10,434 nucleotides of DNA from Candidatus Thorarchaeota archaeon (GTDB lineage Archaea > Asgardarchaeota > Thorarchaeia > Thorarchaeales > Thorarchaeaceae): positions 1-10,434 of the forward strand of contig JBHLRZ010000062.1 of the NCBI GenBank assembly GCA_048882045.1, in the 5' to 3' direction. Below the pieces are notes generated by a model. It had not been told where the DNA came from and did no database searches. It was given only the letters and a program-made list of their open reading frames with translations. The position numbers and the translations under genes are program-made. Below, one piece after another: positions 6,389 through 10,434 of the stretch (the stretch's first letter is position 1; every line of letters begins with the position of its first letter).

Positions 6389-7789
6389 ATGTCCAAAGAG
6401 TCTTCGATAGTCTATCGGACAGTGTCCGATGTCAGTGGTCCTTTACTCGTAGTTGAGAATACCCACAATGTAGCATTCAACGAAGTTGTAAAAATAAGAG
6501 CACCCAATGGTGAACTCCTTACCGGAACAGTTCTTGAAACCGGTAAAGGAAGAGCGGTCATACAAGTCTTCGAAGGTACCAGTGGTCTTGATACTGATGT
6601 GACTGCTGCAAGATTCACTGGGGACACACTGCATCTCCCTGTGTCGTCCGAGATTCTCGGAAGAGTTCTTGATGGGGCAGGAAACCCATTGGATAAAGGC
6701 CCTAAGCTGACAGCCGAAGATCACTGGGACATCTATGGTTCACCAATCAACCCGTATGCCCGACAATATCCAAGACAGCCCATCCAGACTGGCGTGTCTG
6801 CTATTGACGGACTGAACACACTTGTTCGTGGCCAGAAACTACCAATCTTTTCGGGATCAGGTCTTCCTCACAACAGGCTTGCTGCCCAGATTGTGAGACA
6901 GGCCAAGATTCCTGGGGAGGAGAGTGACTTTGCTATCGTTTTCGCAGCGATGGGCATCACTGCGACAGAGGCTCAATACTTTATGCAGTCTTTCGAGGAA
7001 ACCGGAGCCCTTGAACACACAACCCTGTTTCTCAATCTAGCAAATGACCCAGCCATTGAACGTATAATTACACCTCGTGCCGCACTCACCGCAGCTGAAT
7101 ATCTTGCATATACCGCAGATATGCACGTCCTCGTCATCCTCACAGACATGACCAACTATGCTGAAGCTCTCAGAGAGATCAGTGCTGCACGCTCTGAAGT
7201 ACCAGGTCGTCGTGGCTACCCTGGATATCTCTACACTGACCTAAGCCTCATCTATGAGCGAGCTGGTCGAATTCATGGGAGGAACGGCACAATCACACAG
7301 ATGCCAATCTTATCCATGCCTCAGGATGATATGACCCATCCGATACCCGATCTTACAGGCTATATCACTGAAGGTCAGATCATCGTCGGAAGAGGTCTAC
7401 ACAGGAGAGGTATCTTCCCACCAATTGATCCAGGTCCATCCCTCAGTCGACTAATGAAAGAGGGGATTGGTGAGGGGATGACTCGCTTTGACCACAAGGA
7501 AATCCAAGCTCAGCTCTACTACGCCTACTCTGAAGGTCGAGACCTGAGAGATCTAGTTGCGGTGGTAGGTACTGAAGCTCTGACAGACAGAGACCAGAAA
7601 TATCTCAAGTTTGCAGACAAATTTGAAGCAGAGTTCATCAATCAGGATGAGTTCGAGGACCGCTCATTTGAGCAGACTCTCGACATTGGCTGGAACCTAC
7701 TCAGTGACTTTCCAGAACGAGAGCTCAAACGCTGTGATCCTGAAACAATCTCCTGGGCACGAGATAAAGGAGTCTACAAACCATCCTAG
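6389..7789 (+). CDS. atpB: A/V-type ATP synthase subunit B
   Basis: [83 protein letters not shown] and SLSRLM motifs. ATG 6389 has an SD; the TTG 6344 extension is unlikely. Confidence 0.99.
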   Translation: MSKESSIVYRTVSDVSGPLLVVENTHNVAFNEVVKIRAPNGELLTGTVLETGKGRAVIQVFEGTSGLDTDVTAARFTGDTLHLPVSSEILGRVLDGAGNPLDKGPKLTAEDHWDIYGSPINPYARQYPRQPIQTGVSAIDGLNTLVRGQKLPIFSGSGLPHNRLAAQIVRQAKIPGEESDFAIVFAAMGITATEAQYFMQSFEETGALEHTTLFLNLANDPAIERIITPRAALTAAEYLAYTADMHVLVILTDMTNYAEALREISAARSEVPGRRGYPGYLYTDLSLIYERAGRIHGRNGTITQMPILSMPQDDMTHPIPDLTGYITEGQIIVGRGLHRRGIFPPIDPGPSLSRLMKEGIGEGMTRFDHKEIQAQLYYAYSEGRDLRDLVAVVGTEALTDRDQKYLKFADKFEAEFINQDEFEDRSFEQTLDIGWNLLSDFPERELKRCDPETISWARDKGVYKPS

Positions 7790-7846
7790 TGCTTGTTCTC
7801 GGTGTTTAAGAACAGTAGCCCTTCTCTATAGTTTGAGGAAGGCATT

Positions 7847-8548
7847 TTGAGGGTCTTGGTTGTTGGAAGTTGTGGGAAGAAGAAACTCTACAATGAACAT
7901 GAACAACCTTCTTGTCATGATATAGACACAAAACGGGACATTATCTTCTGGAAGAAGAGGTTACTAGACTTCTGTTTGCCTGCACGGGACATGTACACAG
8001 GTCCTCAGAACACTGAACTCGTCAAGGCTGTTGACCTTCTCAGAACCATTGCCAATATTGAGGTTCAGTATATCATTGTATCAGCAGGATTCGGAATACT
8101 GCAGGAAAAAGAGTTGATTCCTCCGTATGACTGTAGTTTCTCAAGCATGTCAATGAAAGAAGTTAGGAAACGATCCCAAGAACAGGAGTTACAAGCCTCA
8201 ATTTTCAATATGGTTGACAAAGGATTTGACCTCGTCTATCTTGCCCTCGGCAAACGGTACTTGGCCGCCCTGGGAAAGGATACTCTTTCAAAGATGAAAG
8301 TGCTCACAATTGCTTTTGATGGACAAGAGTCTGATTACCTTATTCGATTGCCCTGCTCTGCTCAGACAGTGCGGGCTTTTTCAAAACGTGGACATAAGGT
8401 ACATGGAGTCGTGGGATTCAAAGGCGACCTACTCAGGATCTTGGTTAGCCACGCCCTACAAACCCCTGTTCCAAGAAACGAGATTGAAAAATGGAAAGAC
8501 CCTCATCACCTCAAGAAGTTAGTTCATCAGTTAGGTGGACTCTCATAG
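7847..8548 (+). CDS. DUF6884 / YaaA-like protein (putative nucleic-acid-binding)
   Basis: VVGSCGKKK, PARDMYTG, IVSAGFGIL, IPPYD and LALGKRY motifs are typical of this family; TTG start with GAGG SD. Confidence 0.75.
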   Translation: MRVLVVGSCGKKKLYNEHEQPSCHDIDTKRDIIFWKKRLLDFCLPARDMYTGPQNTELVKAVDLLRTIANIEVQYIIVSAGFGILQEKELIPPYDCSFSSMSMKEVRKRSQEQELQASIFNMVDKGFDLVYLALGKRYLAALGKDTLSKMKVLTIAFDGQESDYLIRLPCSAQTVRAFSKRGHKVHGVVGFKGDLLRILVSHALQTPVPRNEIEKWKDPHHLKKLVHQLGGLS

Positions 8549-8561
8549 ATCAACCCTGATT

Positions 8562-8999
8562 TTAAGGCAATTTCTTGCGACCTTTGTAGGGTTCTTTCTT
8601 GAGCTCCTTTGGATTATCAGCCCATTTAATGAGTGTCTTGAAACCACTCAGCTTCACGCTATTTAGAATCCCTTTCTCAGTCTTGATTTTGTGTTGGGCT
8701 CTCCTGACAACAAGAATCACATCTTGTCCTATTGATGCAACAGTATATTTCTCGAACTCCGTTCTGCAACGGAAATGGCTCACCCACTTATTCACAAAAT
8801 CAACTATCTCTCTTGCTCCTTCAATTCTGTATCGATTCTTTTCGAACCACTGTTTTCTTGTACTAGTTTCATAATTTATTGGACCAAATCCCTTGCAAGC
8901 CAATTTCCATTTGTGCATATTATAAGCCCCAAGATCCTCAGATACCGCATCACGAACCAACTTCGATAGTTTCCTGCTAAGTTTTGATTTCTTACTCAA
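8562..8999 (-). CDS. Hypothetical, highly basic 145-aa protein
   Basis: Strong SD (AGGAGGGGAG on the minus strand) before TTG; converges on the DUF6884 gene with a 13-bp gap; 35 K+R versus 15 D+E by my count. Confidence 0.75.
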   Translation of the reverse strand: MSKKSKLSRKLSKLVRDAVSEDLGAYNMHKWKLACKGFGPINYETSTRKQWFEKNRYRIEGAREIVDFVNKWVSHFRCRTEFEKYTVASIGQDVILVVRRAQHKIKTEKGILNSVKLSGFKTLIKWADNPKELKKEPYKGRKKLP

Positions 9000-9101
9000 A
9001 CTGCTCCCCTCCTATGAAAGGAAATGCCCTTAGTATCAGTGAGTAGCCTGGCTAGCTCTAATAAGCCTGTAAAACTAGTGGAAATTTAGAAGGGGGCTTC
9101 C

Positions 9102-9449
9102 TTAGTCCTCTCCAATACCATGGTGTAGATAGTGGTCCTTCTCTTTTTTCGAACCAAAGCTTCTGAGACCATCAGTCTTGAGCTGGCTCTTGATCTCTCT
9201 CGCCTGAGCCGAAGTAATCTCGCTCTGCTTCAACAGAAATTCTACAATTTCCATTGCCTGTGACATTGTATCACACCGACGAATATAGTCCACGACATCC
9301 GGTTCGAAGGATGTTCTTCCACTTTGGTTTGGCTCTGTCTCTTCCGACATTGTTCGGACACCATCTATTCTGTATGTTTTTGTGGATTCCTCCTCGAGCT
9401 CCTTACTCAATGCAGGGAACGCCGCTCGAAATTCTCCATCTTCTGACAT
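9102..9449 (-). CDS. DUF2095 family protein (archaeal, uncharacterised)
   Basis: FPAL.KELE, PDVVDYIRRCDT..QA.EIVEFL...EIT and GLRSFGSKKE..HY motifs; GGTGA SD upstream of the ATG. Confidence 0.88.
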   Translation of the reverse strand: MSEDGEFRAAFPALSKELEEESTKTYRIDGVRTMSEETEPNQSGRTSFEPDVVDYIRRCDTMSQAMEIVEFLLKQSEITSAQAREIKSQLKTDGLRSFGSKKEKDHYLHHGIGED

Positions 9450-9512
9450 ACGTAATCACCAACAACCATAACCAGAGGTCATGGTGTTCTCTCGAGAGAC
9501 TTCCAAGAATTG

Positions 9513-9528
9513 ACTTAAGAGCTTTGCC
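9513..9528 (-). promoter_or_regulatory. Candidate BRE/TATA for the DUF2095 gene
   Basis: Minus strand GGCAAAGCTCTTAAGT about 65 nt upstream of ATG 9449. Confidence 0.35.
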
Positions 9529-9546
9529 AAGACGGCGTACGACATA

Positions 9547-10434
9547 TCACGAATTGCTCAAGAATGACCAAGGAAGACTTTCTTGCAGTCTCTCAGCATC
9601 ATTTGCAACCGAAAAGAAGGGTATTCCTGTTTCCTTCTCAGCCCTTCTCCATCCTCCAAACCCTCCATACTCCGACGCTTTACGAATGACAGGTCCCAGG
9701 TATCGGTCTCCAAGAGATAGGGCCGCCTGAATACGGGCGTTTCTCGGGTCGAGTATTTCTATGGCTGCTCGTGAGGATTCCCTGACACCTTTCTCTACAA
9801 AGTGTACCCGCCTTCGGACCTCCTCAATTTGCAGCTGCGGTTCCCGTTCCCATCTTGTTTGTGCCTTTGGAATGAAAGGATTCACACTGGCTGTCACCCT
9901 AAGTCCAGAGGTCTTCGCAAGTTTTCCTATCATTGACACCGTATCCTCAATGTCTTCATCGGTTTCCCCTGGGAGTCCAACTATGAAGTAGAGCTTCAGA
10001 GATCCATATCCAGCTTTCTTGGCAAGTTCTACAGCATTCTCAATGTCTGATTCATCCAGTCCTTTTCCCATCTCTTTCCTCAATCGAGCAGAGCCTGATT
10101 CTGGAGCTATCGTCAGGGTCCTCTGTCCGCTCTTTGCAAGACAATCAAGAAGAGGCTTGGTGACAGAGTCTGCTCGGAGAGACGGAACTGAAACTTCCAA
10201 ACCTTGGTCCACAGTCCAACACACAAGTTCTTCTAGACCGTCGAGGTCGCCTAGTGAGGATCCAATCATCGAAACTTTGTTTGTAGGAGTGTCCTCTCTC
10301 CCCACTGTTACTATCTCCTTGAGGCGCTTCAAGGATCGTGTTCTCCTCGGACGACAGACATGACCGACAAGGCAGAATCGACAGGAGTGTCCACATCCCC
10401 TGGTCACCTCCAGAAGAAATGACTTACCAAACAC
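9547..10434 (-). CDS. Radical SAM protein (B12-binding/YgiQ-TIGR03960-like group), 5' part outside the window
   Basis: EVTRGCGHSCRFC (CxxxCxxC at 10372-10395), PSLRAD, TIAPESGS.RLR, KLYFIVGLPGE and PFIPKAQT motifs; the frame is open to the window edge. Confidence 0.92.
   Translation of the reverse strand: MFGKSFLLEVTRGCGHSCRFCLVGHVCRPRRTRSLKRLKEIVTVGREDTPTNKVSMIGSSLGDLDGLEELVCWTVDQGLEVSVPSLRADSVTKPLLDCLAKSGQRTLTIAPESGSARLRKEMGKGLDESDIENAVELAKKAGYGSLKLYFIVGLPGETDEDIEDTVSMIGKLAKTSGLRVTASVNPFIPKAQTRWEREPQLQIEEVRRRVHFVEKGVRESSRAAIEILDPRNARIQAALSLGDRYLGPVIRKASEYGGFGGWRRAEKETGIPFFSVANDAERLQESLPWSFLSNS

Noticed and set aside
3636-7155. Multiple antisense ORFs of 60-146 aa opposite atpA, udg and atpB
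   Set aside because: Shadow ORFs of conserved genes with no recognisable motifs.
9254-10363. Plus-strand ORFs 9254-9730, 9761-9991 and 10019-10363
   Set aside because: Antisense to well-supported DUF2095 and radical SAM genes, with implausible composition.

Overview
Archaeal chromosomal segment. The A-type ATPase, pyrI, DUF2095, TATA-like promoters and frequent TTG starts point to an archaeon; an Asgard (Thorarchaeia-like) origin is my inference and is not proven. From left to right it contains: (1) two overlapping cell-surface genes, a 5'-disrupted or truncated alpha/beta-hydrolase-like protein with five TSP3-like Ca-binding repeats, and a secreted, C-terminally anchored Ycf48/BNR beta-propeller; (2) pyrI with no adjacent pyrB; (3) A/V-type ATP synthase genes atpF-atpA and atpB, separated by an atypical family-4 uracil-DNA glycosylase and a 4-TM protein made of two pilin-like hairpins; (4) a DUF6884/YaaA-like gene; (5) on the minus strand, a very basic orphan, a DUF2095 protein and a 5'-truncated radical SAM enzyme. 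The most unusual points are the UDG lacking both the uracil-recognising Asn and one [4Fe-4S] Cys, the fragmented ATP synthase locus, and clustered substitutions in normally conserved AtpA/AtpB motifs. I saw no RNA genes, CRISPR arrays, transposases or inteins. Family assignments are from motif recognition only; no searches were run.
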